From assembly GCA_015068925.1 (NCBI GenBank), contig SVJP01000003.1, positions 1-48,708 on the forward strand: 48,708 nt of DNA, written 5' to 3'. Positions 9,558 to 19,871 of the stretch are shown piece after piece. The first letter of the stretch is position 1. Every line of letters begins with the position of its first letter. The DNA is from Oscillospiraceae bacterium. Its GTDB lineage: Bacteria; Bacillota; Clostridia; HGM11514. The notes beneath the pieces are model-generated. The model made no database searches. It was given only the letters and a program-made list of their open reading frames with translations, and was not told the origin of the DNA. The translations under genes and the position numbers were made by a program.

Positions 9558-10322
9558 CTATTTATTATTGTTAATAACTTCTTCTGCTAATGCTGTATAA
9601 CTTTCTGACCCTCTGGAATAGGGGTCATAGGCTATAATTGGTTGCCCATAGCTTGGTGCTTCACTTAAACGAACATTTCTTGGAATCACCGTTTGATATA
9701 CCTTTTTGGGGAAAAACTGCTTTACTTCCTCTGCAACCATCATAGATAAATTGGTCCTGGAATCGTACATAGTAAGTAAAATTCCTTCTATTTCTAACGT
9801 TTCATTCAATTGTTTTTTAATTGATTTTACTGTTTGCATCAATCGGCTTAAGCCTTCTAATGCATAATACTCACATTGTACAGGAATTAAAACACTGTCA
9901 GATGCCACCAATGCATTCACTGTCATCAAATTCAAGGACGGAGGACAATCAATTAATATATAATCATATTGGTTTTGCGCATCCTTCAATGCATTTTTTA
10001 ACATGAACTCACGTTTTTCCATAGAAACCAGCTCAATTTCTGCTCCGGCTAACTGAATATCAGAGGGAGATAGATATAATTCTCCAAATTCTGTCTGAAC
10101 AACGCTTTCTTCCATGGTTATTTCACCAATCAACACCTGATAAACAGTACTTTCCAGTTCCTCTGTGTCAATCCCTAAACCACTGGTTGCATTACCCTGA
10201 GGATCCAAATCAATTAAAAGCACTTTTTTCCCTTGTTGTTCCAGACAGGCACTCAAATTTACGGTAGTCGTTGTTTTGCCAACGCCCCCTTTTTGGTTTA
10301 CTACCGAAATAATTTTTGCCAT
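9558..10322 (-). CDS. parA: Chromosome partitioning ATPase ParA/Soj
   Basis: KGGVGKTT, DLDPQGN, DCPPS, LSEAPSYG. Start moved to ATG 10322 after AAGGAGG. Confidence 0.95.
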   Translation of the reverse strand: MAKIISVVNQKGGVGKTTTTVNLSACLEQQGKKVLLIDLDPQGNATSGLGIDTEELESTVYQVLIGEITMEESVVQTEFGELYLSPSDIQLAGAEIELVSMEKREFMLKNALKDAQNQYDYILIDCPPSLNLMTVNALVASDSVLIPVQCEYYALEGLSRLMQTVKSIKKQLNETLEIEGILLTMYDSRTNLSMMVAEEVKQFFPKKVYQTVIPRNVRLSEAPSYGQPIIAYDPYSRGSESYTALAEEVINNNK

Positions 10323-10332
10323 GGCTTCCTCC

Positions 10333-10650
10333 TTATTTTGTTTCATCAATTAAATCAATTCGATTATCCTGCGCAAATTTGCGGAATCCTTCTTTATACT
10401 CTTGATAAAATTCTTTGTTTTTCATCATAGTATATTCCACAGGCTGCGCATATTTCTTTAATTTCAAAACGATTTTTTCAGAAGGAATATTTTTAAATAA
10501 TTTTCTTTCTTCACAGGGCTCAAAAGAAATTTTCAAAAACTGATCATAAGGCAAATTCAAGATTTTCGGTGTTTCCTTTCCTAAATCATTCTTGAATACG
10601 GTTGCCAAAACCACTTCAGTTGAATCAAATTCTATTTTTTTCTTTGCCAT
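10333..10650 (-). CDS. Hypothetical protein (105 aa) between noc and parA
   Basis: GGAGG RBS before ATG 10650; own promoter TTGAAA-17-TATAAT on the minus strand at about 10689-10717; family not recognised. Confidence 0.7.
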   Translation of the reverse strand: MAKKKIEFDSTEVVLATVFKNDLGKETPKILNLPYDQFLKISFEPCEERKLFKNIPSEKIVLKLKKYAQPVEYTMMKNKEFYQEYKEGFRKFAQDNRIDLIDETK

Positions 10651-10726
10651 TTTATTTTCCTCCATAATAAATTTCACTAACGATATTTATTATAACACAC
10701 ATTACGACAAATTTCAATATATTTTT

Positions 10727-11590
10727 TCATGTTTCACGTGAAACATTTCTACTTTTTCCCGATTTAGGAATAATAATGGAATATTTTATGTAATCATCAT
10801 GATCTGTTTTTTCTGCTCGTGCCATCACGCCTGCTTGCTTCATAGAATCAATCGCCTTATTTATTGTATTAAAAAATACCCTTAAATCCTTTGTAAAACC
10901 TACTTTTGCTTCTCTTTTTTGTTGCATCTCTTTTTTCTGATAAGAAAGCAATGCTTTTTCCACTAATTTTTCTGTTTCCTGTACATTTAAATTGTGCTCA
11001 ATAATCTCACTCAAAAGATTTAGTTGAATCTCTTCATCCTGAAGGCGAAGTAATGCACGTGCATGGCGTTCAGATAATTTATGATAAATCAATTGTTTTC
11101 TTACAGATTCAGATAACCTCAATAATCTTAATTTATTTGCTATTGTTGACTGACTTTTTCCAACCCGATCCGCTATCATTTCCTGCGTCATTCCATGTTC
11201 ACGAATCAGAATCTCCATTGCCCTTGCTTCTTCCCAATAAGACAAATCACTTCGTTGCACATTTTCTATCAAAGATACTACCGCCACATCTCTTTCATTA
11301 AATTCCTTAATGATAACAGGAACCTCTTGCAATCCCGCCTGTTTTGCGGCTTTTAATCTTCTTTCTCCTGCAATAAGTTCAAATCCATCTTCCATTCTTC
11401 TAACCAATAGTGGCTGAAGAATCCCATATTGACGTATCGATAGACATAATTCATCAATAGAAGTTCGATCGAACACTCTGCGAGGTTGATTTGGATTTGG
11501 AAAAATTAACTCCACAGAAATATGATGTACCTTATCCTCTGTTTGTCCTGTAAATTGATCAAAAAAGTCGGTAAAATGAAAAATCGACAT
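10727..11590 (-). CDS. noc: Nucleoid occlusion protein Noc / ParB paralog
   Basis: NPNQPRR, GERRL, ENVQRSDL, KSQSTIANKLRLL; canonical position between rsmG and parA; start set at ATG 11590 after AAGGAG. Confidence 0.85.
   Translation of the reverse strand: MSIFHFTDFFDQFTGQTEDKVHHISVELIFPNPNQPRRVFDRTSIDELCLSIRQYGILQPLLVRRMEDGFELIAGERRLKAAKQAGLQEVPVIIKEFNERDVAVVSLIENVQRSDLSYWEEARAMEILIREHGMTQEMIADRVGKSQSTIANKLRLLRLSESVRKQLIYHKLSERHARALLRLQDEEIQLNLLSEIIEHNLNVQETEKLVEKALLSYQKKEMQQKREAKVGFTKDLRVFFNTINKAIDSMKQAGVMARAEKTDHDDYIKYSIIIPKSGKSRNVSRET
10730..10745. promoter_or_regulatory. parS site within the last codons of noc
   Basis: TGTTTCACGTGAAACA perfect consensus. Confidence 0.95.
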
Positions 11591-11699
11591 CCCTTTCTCT
11601 CCTTTATCTCGGTATATTGTACTATTATTATACCATAGAAAATACATACATGGAGAAAAATTCGTTCGACTTTTCTAAAGAAATTTTAGTTGTTTTTCG

Positions 11700-12398
11700 T
11701 TAGGATAAGGGGTTTTTCGAGGGCATTCCTGCCTTCCGAGGGTATTTTTTTGGACTATTTTCAGATTTTTTCACAGAAATTACCGTATGACTGTCAATTG
11801 CAGTTGTCATAATATTCGGATGAGATCCTCCCAAAAGAGAAATCGCACCCTTTGCTTGATCTAATTCTGCTTGCCCTTGGCTTCCTTTCATGGCAATCCA
11901 ATAGCCTCCTTTTTTTACAAAAGGAAGACATAGTTCTGCCAAAACATTCATGGGAGCAACTGCTCTTGCAATTGCAATATCAAATTTTTCTCTGAATTCC
12001 GGCTTTTGTCCCGCATCCTCTGCTCGAGAGTGAACCAAAGAAATAGAATCAAGTCCCAATTGATTGATGACCTCTTCTAAGAAAAATAATCGTTTTTGTA
12101 AAGAATCTAATAGGACCATATTCAAAGATGGACATGCTATTTTTAACGGGATAGAAGGGAGACCTGCTCCGGTTCCGATATCAATTAACTTACCACTTTT
12201 CAACAACCCTGTTTCCAAGCACGTCAAGCTATCCACAAAATGTTTCTGAACAACTTCTTCCGGTTTAATGATGGCAGTCAGATTCATTTTTTGATTCCAT
12301 TCTTTTAATAATTCATAATAAAGTGCAAATTGATCAAGCTGATTTTCAGTTAACATAACATTAATTTTTTCTGCACAGCATTTCAATTGTTGTTTCAT
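11700..12398 (-). CDS. rsmG: 16S rRNA m7G527 methyltransferase
   Basis: WNQKMNLTAI, KHFVDSL, DIGTGAGLP, RAVA, KYPRKAG. Confidence 0.95.
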   Translation of the reverse strand: MKQQLKCCAEKINVMLTENQLDQFALYYELLKEWNQKMNLTAIIKPEEVVQKHFVDSLTCLETGLLKSGKLIDIGTGAGLPSIPLKIACPSLNMVLLDSLQKRLFFLEEVINQLGLDSISLVHSRAEDAGQKPEFREKFDIAIARAVAPMNVLAELCLPFVKKGGYWIAMKGSQGQAELDQAKGAISLLGGSHPNIMTTAIDSHTVISVKKSENSPKKYPRKAGMPSKNPLS

Positions 12399-12399
12399 A

Positions 12400-14259
12400 T
12401 TATTTACTCAAATATACCATCAATACCGCTAAGTCTGCAGACGAAACACCTGAGATTCTGGAAGCCTGACCCAAAGATTCCGGTCTTATTTGATCTAATT
12501 TTTGGCGTGCTTCCAATCGCAATCCATAAATTTGATGGTAATCTATCTCCTGTGGAATTTTTTTACTTTCCATTTTCAAAAACTGTTCTACTTGTTGTTT
12601 TTGTTTTTCAATATATCCTTGATATTTGATAGAAATATTGACTTGTTCTGTTACGTCAACCGGCAAAACAGGCCGTTCAAAGTCCGCGAATTGCAAATCA
12701 TCATAAGTAACACTCGGTCTGCGAATTAAGGCTGCCAATCGAATTCCGGTTGATAGAGGTGTTTCTCCCTTTTCCTCAAGATACTGATTTAATTCTTTTG
12801 ACGGAGGGAGAGTTGTTGCTTCACAGCGCTTGATTTCTTGCTCTATTAACCGTTGTTTTTCGCAAAACTCCTCATATCGAATCTTTGAAATCAGCCCAAT
12901 TTCGTACCCCAATGGAGTCAATCTTGCATCTGCATTATCCTGTCTTAACAACAATCGATATTCCGAACGAGCTGTCATCATTCGATAGGGTTCTCGTGTT
13001 CCTTTGGTCACCAAATCATCAATTAATGTTCCGATATATCCTTGACTTCTATCAATGACAACAGGATCTTTTCCTTGAATTTTTCTTGCAGCATTGATTC
13101 CAGCAACCAAACCTTGTGCTGCTGCCTCTTCGTAGCCAGAGGAACCGTTAAATTGCCCTGCTCCATATAATCCGCTGATTTTTTTTACTTCTAATGTAGG
13201 TTTTAATTGAAGAGGATTGATACAATCATATTCAATTGCATATCCCGTTCTCATAACTTTTACATTTTCTAACCCGGGAACAGACCTTAAAAAACTGAGC
13301 TGAACATCTTCAGGTAAGCTACTTGACATTCCTTGGACATACATTTCCTTCGTATTAAGCCCTGTTGGTTCAATAAATAATTGATGCCGCTCTTTATCGG
13401 GAAATCTCATCACTTTATCTTCAATAGATGGGCAGTATCGGGGACCAACTCCTTCTATTTGTCCGGAATAGAGAGGGGAACGATGAATATTTTCACGAAT
13501 AATATCATGGGTTTTTTGATTGGTATATGTTAACCAGCAAGACATTTTATTTTCCAATTTTTCTTTGGTCGAAAAAGAAAAGGGAACAATCTCATCATCA
13601 CCCTTTTGTTCTTCCATTTTTGAAGTATCAACACTGTCAAAATGAACTCTTGCAGGGGTACCTGTTTTAAATCTCATTAATTCGATTCCTTGATCAATCA
13701 AGCATTGACTTAATTTTGTCGCTGCGAACATTCCGTCAGGTCCACCTGTATAAAAAACATCACCAATAATAATTCTTCCCTGGAGATAGGTTCCGCTGGC
13801 GATAATCACCGCTTTTACCGTAAATTCAGCACCTAAATGGGTCACAACACTTTTTACTTTATCATCCTCAAATAAAATTTTTGTTATTTCGCTTTGCTTA
13901 ATATCAATATTTGGCTCTTGTTCCAGCCTCTTTTTCATTTCTTCCTGATATTTTCTTCGGTCAGCTTGAGCACGAAGAGAATGAACCGCAGGACCCTTTC
14001 CTCTGTTTAACATACGGGACTGCAAAAATGTTTTGTCTATGACGCGACCCATTTCACCGCCTAAAGCATCAATCTCTCTAACCAAATGTCCTTTTGAAGT
14101 ACCGCCAATACGAGGATTACATGGTAGATTTGCAATAGCATCTAAATTCATGGTAAACAAAGCAACACTGCATCCCAGTCTTGCTCCTGCAAAAGCAGCT
14201 TCACATCCTGCATGACCTGCACCGATAACGGCGATATCGTATTCTCCTCCATGATACAT
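12400..14259 (-). CDS. mnmG: tRNA modification enzyme MnmG/GidA
   Basis: [37 protein letters not shown]. Confidence 0.97.
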   Translation of the reverse strand: MYHGGEYDIAVIGAGHAGCEAAFAGARLGCSVALFTMNLDAIANLPCNPRIGGTSKGHLVREIDALGGEMGRVIDKTFLQSRMLNRGKGPAVHSLRAQADRRKYQEEMKKRLEQEPNIDIKQSEITKILFEDDKVKSVVTHLGAEFTVKAVIIASGTYLQGRIIIGDVFYTGGPDGMFAATKLSQCLIDQGIELMRFKTGTPARVHFDSVDTSKMEEQKGDDEIVPFSFSTKEKLENKMSCWLTYTNQKTHDIIRENIHRSPLYSGQIEGVGPRYCPSIEDKVMRFPDKERHQLFIEPTGLNTKEMYVQGMSSSLPEDVQLSFLRSVPGLENVKVMRTGYAIEYDCINPLQLKPTLEVKKISGLYGAGQFNGSSGYEEAAAQGLVAGINAARKIQGKDPVVIDRSQGYIGTLIDDLVTKGTREPYRMMTARSEYRLLLRQDNADARLTPLGYEIGLISKIRYEEFCEKQRLIEQEIKRCEATTLPPSKELNQYLEEKGETPLSTGIRLAALIRRPSVTYDDLQFADFERPVLPVDVTEQVNISIKYQGYIEKQKQQVEQFLKMESKKIPQEIDYHQIYGLRLEARQKLDQIRPESLGQASRISGVSSADLAVLMVYLSK

Positions 14260-14271
14260 GGCTTTTCACTC

Positions 14272-15618
14272 CTACTTTCCTACACAAAAATCAGCAAAAA
14301 TATGTTTTACCGTTTCTTCACTGACTTCCAATCCTGTAATTTGTCCTAAATAACGGCAGGCATCTGTCAAATCAATCGAAATCAAATCCAATGGCATTTC
14401 TCTACCAGACAAAGCCTCATTAATGCTTAACAACGCCTGTTCCAAACACTGTTTATGTCTCAAATTATTAATAAAAGGAGATTGTGATAACTCCCTTTCC
14501 TCTGTTACAGCAACATGATAAATTGCGTCATACAAGGCTTCTATTCCTTCTCCTGTTTTACATGAAATAGAAAGAACATCCTTTTCCAGCTCAAACTTTG
14601 ATGGCAAATCTCCTTTATTTTTTAAATATATTACCTGTCTTCCTTCCACTAAGTTAAAAATTTCTTTATCATTTTCATCCAAAGGACGGGATCCATCCAA
14701 AACAAAGAGAATTAAATCACTTTTCGGAATCAATTCTTTACTTTTTTCCACACCGATTTTTTCTACTGTATCCTCTGTCCGGCGAATTCCTGCCGTATCA
14801 ATCAATTGAATTGGAACACCTTTAATTTCCAATTCGTCTTCTATCACATCTCTTGTTGTGCCTTCAATATCTGTTACAATTGCTTTCTTTTCCTTTAACA
14901 AACAATTCAAAAGGGAAGATTTTCCAGCATTGGTTTTTCCAATAATCAATGTATTTAATCCTGTTTTTAAAATTCTTCCCCTTTCAAATTCTTTTAATAA
15001 TTGAATAATTTCTGTTTTGATACTTTCAAGCTCTTGAAAAAATTGGTCTTTTTCCCATTCTTCTATTTCCTCATCAGGAAAGTCAATCACCGCTAATATT
15101 TTAGCATTGATTGCTACAATTTTTTCTCTCAATCCGTTAATTTTCTCAGAAATTCCACCTATCAATTGTCCTGCTGATTGATATACCGCACTTTCAGAAC
15201 CTGAATTAATCAGATCAATCACAGCTTCTGCCTGAGATAAATCCATTTTCCCATTTAAAAAGGCACGTTTTGAAAATTCTCCCCGTTCTGCATTTCTTGC
15301 TCCAGCACGAAGAACTGATTCCAAAACCATTAAAGTATTTTTTACACCGCCGTGACAAGAAATTTCTACCGTATTTTCACCGGTAAAGGAGGCAGGAGCA
15401 CGAAACACACCGCATACAACCTGGTCAATGACGGTTTCTCCCTGTCTGATGTTTCCATATACCATCTGATATCCTGAAATATCACTTAACTTTTTATTTC
15501 CATCGAATATTTTATCACAAATAGAAATCGCATCTTTTCCACTTACTCTGATAACTGAGATTGCTCCTTTTCCGGAGGGAGTAGAAATTGCAGCTATTGT
15601 ATCCTCTGTATACATCAT
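14272..15618 (-). CDS. mnmE: tRNA modification GTPase MnmE/TrmE
   Basis: DTIAAIST, GKTNAGKSS, GTTRD, DTAGIR, C-terminal FCVGK; start reset to ATG after AAGGAGG. Confidence 0.97.
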   Translation of the reverse strand: MMYTEDTIAAISTPSGKGAISVIRVSGKDAISICDKIFDGNKKLSDISGYQMVYGNIRQGETVIDQVVCGVFRAPASFTGENTVEISCHGGVKNTLMVLESVLRAGARNAERGEFSKRAFLNGKMDLSQAEAVIDLINSGSESAVYQSAGQLIGGISEKINGLREKIVAINAKILAVIDFPDEEIEEWEKDQFFQELESIKTEIIQLLKEFERGRILKTGLNTLIIGKTNAGKSSLLNCLLKEKKAIVTDIEGTTRDVIEDELEIKGVPIQLIDTAGIRRTEDTVEKIGVEKSKELIPKSDLILFVLDGSRPLDENDKEIFNLVEGRQVIYLKNKGDLPSKFELEKDVLSISCKTGEGIEALYDAIYHVAVTEERELSQSPFINNLRHKQCLEQALLSINEALSGREMPLDLISIDLTDACRYLGQITGLEVSEETVKHIFADFCVGK

Positions 15619-15683
15619 TTTCCTTGACCTCCTTATCTTAAAATGGCGAGGAATCAATGATTTCCTCGCCAATTCTTTTTTTC

Positions 15684-16445
15684 TTATCCTTCTTCCGATT
15701 GAACAGGACGTCTATAACTCCGACGGTTATAATTATTATTCCTCTTAATTGCATTTTTCGGACTAATAATAATTTTTCTGTTCGGTTCTTCCCCTACGCT
15801 GTAAGTATGAATCATATCATCTTCCTGCAATGCGGAATGAATCACTTTCCGTTCATAAGCATTCATTGGTTCCAAAGCAACATTTTTTCTGTTTTTCTTT
15901 GCCTTTTCTGCCAACCGAATAGCTAAATTCTGTAATGTTTTTTCTCTTTCACTTCTGTAATTTTCTGTATCAATCGAAATCTTATAATAATCTTCGGAAG
16001 ATTTGTTAACAGCCAATGTTGTTAAATACTGCAGAGCATCTAAAGTTTCTCCTCTTCTACCGATTACTGCTCCCATTTCTTCTCCGGAAAGATTAATTTT
16101 AATCTCTTTTTCTCCGATGTTACAATCAATATTCACATCCAAATTCATTTGTTCAAACACACTGTTTAAAAATTCTTTTGCGCGTTTATCAGCATCCCCA
16201 TTTATTTCTGTTTTTACAACAGGGGAAGTTTCTTTTTTCTTTTCTTTTTTTTCAGGATTTTCCTCTTGTTCTTCCAATGCTGTCAATTTTACCTTTGCGG
16301 GTTTACTACCTAAACCAAAAAATCCGCTTTTTTCTTTTTCTAAAATCTCTACAGTAACATCTTCTGCTTCCAGTCCCAATACTTCCAGACCTAATTTTAT
16401 TGCTTCTTCAACTGTTTTTGCTTCTTGTTCAATCTGCTTTCTCAT
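15684..16445 (-). CDS. jag: Jag/EloR/KhpB RNA-binding protein
   Basis: Jag N-domain (KTVEEAI, GFFGLG), KH (IGRRGETLDALQYL), R3H (ERKVIH). Confidence 0.95.
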   Translation of the reverse strand: MRKQIEQEAKTVEEAIKLGLEVLGLEAEDVTVEILEKEKSGFFGLGSKPAKVKLTALEEQEENPEKKEKKKETSPVVKTEINGDADKRAKEFLNSVFEQMNLDVNIDCNIGEKEIKINLSGEEMGAVIGRRGETLDALQYLTTLAVNKSSEDYYKISIDTENYRSEREKTLQNLAIRLAEKAKKNRKNVALEPMNAYERKVIHSALQEDDMIHTYSVGEEPNRKIIISPKNAIKRNNNYNRRSYRRPVQSEEG

Positions 16446-17320
16446 ATTACCTCACCGTCTTTCTTTTTCGACGAAATTTTTTCTTTAATTAATTTTTTAT
16501 TAAACCATACTTGCTGCAAAATAGACAACACATTATTGATAATCCAATATAATCCCACACCGGAAGGCATCAGAAAACAAAAATACCCTGTCATAAGAGG
16601 CATGATGGTCATCATGCTTTTACTCATAGATGCCGCATTATCATCAGCAGAACCGGTATTTGGTTGAGTCCATGTTGTAATTTTACTTGTCAAATAGGTT
16701 GTAACCATTGCTAAGACAGGAATAATCCATAAAACTGAAAATTCTGCCAATTGCGGTCTTGATGCCAAATCCAATCCTAAAAAATTAAAATCAATTGTCA
16801 TAATTCCTTCAGGAAGAATATCTCCCAATTTATTTACAACCTCGGGAGTAATTTGATTCGCAATTTCTATTTCTTTTGTCATCAAAACATTTTTATTGGC
16901 GACATCAATATCTAATTTTAAAGCTTCTACAATTTTGATAATTGTTTCTGTACCCAGTCCCATAATATAAGTCATGGGTTGGTTAATCACACGATATAAT
17001 GCAAAAATAATAGGAAACTGTATCAGCATAGGCAAACATCCTGCTGTGGGATTAACATTGTATTTTTCATACAGCTTCATAGTTTCTTTTTGCAATTTTT
17101 CTTTATCATTTTTATACTTTTTATTTAATTGAGCCAATTCCGGCTGAATCAAACGCATTTGTTCCATTGATTTTTGTTGCTTAATATTCAACGGAAAAAT
17201 CAACAATTTCATTAAAATTGAAAACAAAATAATAGCCAGGCCGTAATTATTTACTAATTGATAAATAAATTTTAATACGGGACCCAGCACAGGCGCTAAA
17301 AACGCCAACGCATTCATCAT
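16442..17320 (-). CDS. yidC: Membrane protein insertase YidC/SpoIIIJ
   Basis: YGLAII, NPTAGCLPMLIQFPI, GLYW motifs; synteny. Confidence 0.95.
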   Translation of the reverse strand: MMNALAFLAPVLGPVLKFIYQLVNNYGLAIILFSILMKLLIFPLNIKQQKSMEQMRLIQPELAQLNKKYKNDKEKLQKETMKLYEKYNVNPTAGCLPMLIQFPIIFALYRVINQPMTYIMGLGTETIIKIVEALKLDIDVANKNVLMTKEIEIANQITPEVVNKLGDILPEGIMTIDFNFLGLDLASRPQLAEFSVLWIIPVLAMVTTYLTSKITTWTQPNTGSADDNAASMSKSMMTIMPLMTGYFCFLMPSGVGLYWIINNVLSILQQVWFNKKLIKEKISSKKKDGEVI

Positions 17321-17338
17321 AAATCTTTTGCCTCCTAC

Positions 17339-17551
17339 TTACTTGACAGGGTCATATCCTCCCTTACAAAAAGGGTTACATCTTACAATCCGCTTGATTG
17401 CCATCCATCCTCCCCTTACTGCACCGTATTTTTCCACAGCTTCTATGGCATACGACGAACACGTCGGATAAAACCGACAGCAAGGTTTTTTCAAAGGAGA
17501 AAGATAGTTCTGATAAAATCTGATGCTCTTTATCATTATTTTTTTCATCAT
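17339..17551 (-). CDS. yidD: Membrane protein insertion efficiency factor
   Basis: [10 protein letters not shown]...[13 protein letters not shown]. Confidence 0.95.
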   Translation of the reverse strand: MMKKIMIKSIRFYQNYLSPLKKPCCRFYPTCSSYAIEAVEKYGAVRGGWMAIKRIVRCNPFCKGGYDPVK

Positions 17552-17886
17552 TTTTTTTCCAAATCACAAGAAGAAAGTAAAGAAAGAAGAGAAGAACGAA
17601 TTTGATAAAAATCCGCCTCTGCCGCTTTTGAGCGCGCAACAATCACAAAATCATACCCTTTTATCACTTTTTCTTCGTTTATCCTATAATTTTCTTTAAT
17701 TAATCTTCTGATACGATTTCTTACAACAGCGGTTCCAACTTTTTTACTCACTGTTATTCCAAGGTGATTCTCTGTTCCGCGATTTTTCCTGTAATAAAGA
17801 ACTAAATACTTGTCCGCTTTCGATTTTGCCGAACGATACATTCTGCGAAACTGAAAATTTCTGTTCAATGACGTTGTATACCGCAT
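17548..17886 (-). CDS. rnpA: RNase P protein component
   Basis: [19 protein letters not shown] (RNR motif). Confidence 0.97.
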   Translation of the reverse strand: MRYTTSLNRNFQFRRMYRSAKSKADKYLVLYYRKNRGTENHLGITVSKKVGTAVVRNRIRRLIKENYRINEEKVIKGYDFVIVARSKAAEADFYQIRSSLLSLLSSCDLEKK

Positions 17887-17962
17887 ACCTATCTCCCTAC
17901 CGAGGAAGGAAAAAAGACCACTCGGGTGGTCTTTTGATAATCCCCCGCTAATGCTTCTGCCA

Positions 17963-18097
17963 TTATGCAGACAGCTTTGCTCTACCCTTCAGTCTTCTAC
18001 GAGCCAGCACCTTTCTGCCGTTTGCAGTTCTCATTCTTTTTCTGAAGCCGTGCTCTTTGCTTCTCTGACGCTTTTTGGGTTGATATGTTCTTTTCAT
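17963..18097 (-). CDS. rpmH: 50S ribosomal protein L34 (absent from ORF track, 44 aa)
   Basis: Hand translation [44 protein letters not shown]; GGAGGTG RBS. Confidence 0.97.
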   Translation of the reverse strand: MKRTYQPKKRQRSKEHGFRKRMRTANGRKVLARRRLKGRAKLSA

Positions 18098-18166
18098 CTA
18101 TGACTACACCTCCTCGCAAAAAATAAACAAACCAAAATTCCCTTTATAAAAAGGGATACAAAATTG

Positions 18167-18296
18167 ATTATACTTTATTTTATAGGCATTTGTCAATACA
18201 ATTTTAAAAAAAATTTGCTAAAAATGAAAAAAATTTTTATTTTATCATCTTTTTCTGATATTTTTTCTTGCAAATTATTCATTTTTTTGATATAAT
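18167..18296. promoter_or_regulatory. Divergent sigma-A promoters for rpmH and dnaA
   Basis: Minus strand: TTGACA (18196-18191)-18-TATAAT (18172-18167). Plus strand: TTGCAA (18268)-17-TATAAT (18291) with extended TG. Confidence 0.7.
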
Positions 18297-18349
18297 AGTA
18301 AGGGTATGTTATATTTATTAATACTTAATTATATAGATTGGGGTGAGTT

Positions 18350-19663
18350 ACGACGGATATTCATAAAATATGGGAACGAGCATTGTCTATTTTAAAAGAT
18401 GAGGTTTCTGAAATTGCTTACAAAACATGGTTTGCAACCTTATCTCCTTTAGAATTCAAAAACCAAGTATTTTTACTTTCAGCTCCGAATGATATTCACA
18501 AAAATATGATAACCGGAAAGTACCTTCCCCTTTTACTGAATGCATTAGAAATGGCATCGGATCAGGAACTCCAATTAGAAATTATTCTTCAAGAAGAATA
18601 TATTCCTAATGTACAAACCCAAAAGCGTCATTTAAATTCAAAACTGAATCCGAGATATACATTTGAAGAATTCGTAGTAGGGGAAAATAACAAGTATGCT
18701 CATGCAGCTTGTCTTGCAGTTGCGGAAAATCCCGCAAAAATTTACAATCCTTTATTCCTTTACGGAAATTCCGGCTTAGGAAAAACCCATCTGATTCATT
18801 CTGTTGGTCATTATATCACAGAAAATAATCCTGACGCAAAGGTAATGTATGTTGCAAGTGAGAAATTTACCAATGATTTAATCAATGCGATTAAAGACGG
18901 AAGAACGGAAGAATTCAGAAGTATTTACCGTTATGTAGATGTTTTGATGATTGATGATATTCATTTTATTTCAGGTAAAGTCAGAGCACAGGAAGAACTA
19001 TTCCATTGTTTCAACACTTTGTATGAAGCAAATAAACAATTGATTTTTACCAGTGACCGTCCTCCAAAAGAAATTGCTGTTTTGGAAGAAAGAATTAAAA
19101 CCCGGTTTGAGAGCGGTCTGTTGATGGATTTGCAACCTCCCGATTTTGAAACAAGAGTTGCTATCTTAAGAAAAAAAGCACAATCAAACAATATTGAAAT
19201 TCCAGATAATATTATTGATTTGGTTGCTAACACCATTAAATCCAATATCAGAGAATTGGAAGGTGTTTTAAAACGAATTCATGTGATGAAAACCTTGTCT
19301 CATGAACCTATTACAGAAGATAAAGTAACAGATATTTTGCGAGATTTCTTTTATGGTGGAGACGATGTTGTCCTTTCCAATCAGGAAGTTTTGAAAGAGG
19401 TTTCTCGTTATTTTGATATTCCGCAGGAAGAAATTCTTTCCAAAAAAAGAACAAAAGAAATTGCCTATGTTCGCCAAATAGCGATGTATCTTTGTCGGGA
19501 AATTGTTGGAGATTCACTAAAAGAAGTTGGGAACTTTTTTGGAAAAAAAGACCATTCAACGGTTTTACATGCCTGTGACAAAATAGAGGCAGAAATGAAA
19601 AAAGATATTGAACTGCAAAATCAGATTGTTGATTTAACAAAAAATATCAAACACGGAAATTGA
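18350..19663 (+). CDS. dnaA: Chromosomal replication initiator DnaA (start uncertain; ACG at 18350 proposed, first canonical codon TTG at 18383)
   Basis: YTFEEFVVG, YNPLFLYGNSGLGKTHL, IDDI, RELEG, KDHSTVLHA. The in-frame upstream extension TDIHKIWERAL matches DnaA helix 1. Confidence 0.95.
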   Translation, partial: TTDIHKIWERALSILKDEVSEIAYKTWFATLSPLEFKNQVFLLSAPNDIHKNMITGKYLPLLLNALEMASDQELQLEIILQEEYIPNVQTQKRHLNSKLNPRYTFEEFVVGENNKYAHAACLAVAENPAKIYNPLFLYGNSGLGKTHLIHSVGHYITENNPDAKVMYVASEKFTNDLINAIKDGRTEEFRSIYRYVDVLMIDDIHFISGKVRAQEELFHCFNTLYEANKQLIFTSDRPPKEIAVLEERIKTRFESGLLMDLQPPDFETRVAILRKKAQSNNIEIPDNIIDLVANTIKSNIRELEGVLKRIHVMKTLSHEPITEDKVTDILRDFFYGGDDVVLSNQEVLKEVSRYFDIPQEEILSKKRTKEIAYVRQIAMYLCREIVGDSLKEVGNFFGKKDHSTVLHACDKIEAEMKKDIELQNQIVDLTKNIKHGN

Positions 19664-19664
19664 C

Positions 19665-19850
19665 TTATCCACAAAGTTTTTCACAATTGTGGAGGAATAA
19701 CTTGTGGACAACTCATCCTCAAAAAAAGTTATTCTTTTTTATCAACAGAAGGTGTGAATGAGTTTTATACGTAATCATGGACTTTTCTTTTCTTTTCCAC
19801 AAATCCACAACTTCTACTACTACTATTTTAAAATTTATTTATTCTTTTAC
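19665..19850. other. oriC: DnaA-box cluster, DnaA-trios and AT-rich unwinding element
   Basis: TTATCCACA 19665, TTTTTCACA 19677, TGTGGACAA 19703, TTATCAACA 19739, TTTTCCACA 19793, AAATCCACA 19801, then CTTCTACTACTACTA 19811-19825 and an AT-rich tract. Confidence 0.9.
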
Positions 19851-19871
19851 TCAATAAAGGAGAAAAAGCTT

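Noticed and set aside
14111-14113. Arg in the MnmG motif CNPRIGG (usually a small residue)
   Set aside because: One base from Ser (CGT/AGT) and cannot be distinguished from an error. Kept only as a caveat that the dnaA ACG and abrB AAG oddities may also be base-call errors.
19758-19871. N-terminal extension of dnaN in the ORF track
   Set aside because: Runs through oriC boxes and trios; the RBS and homology point to ATG 19872.
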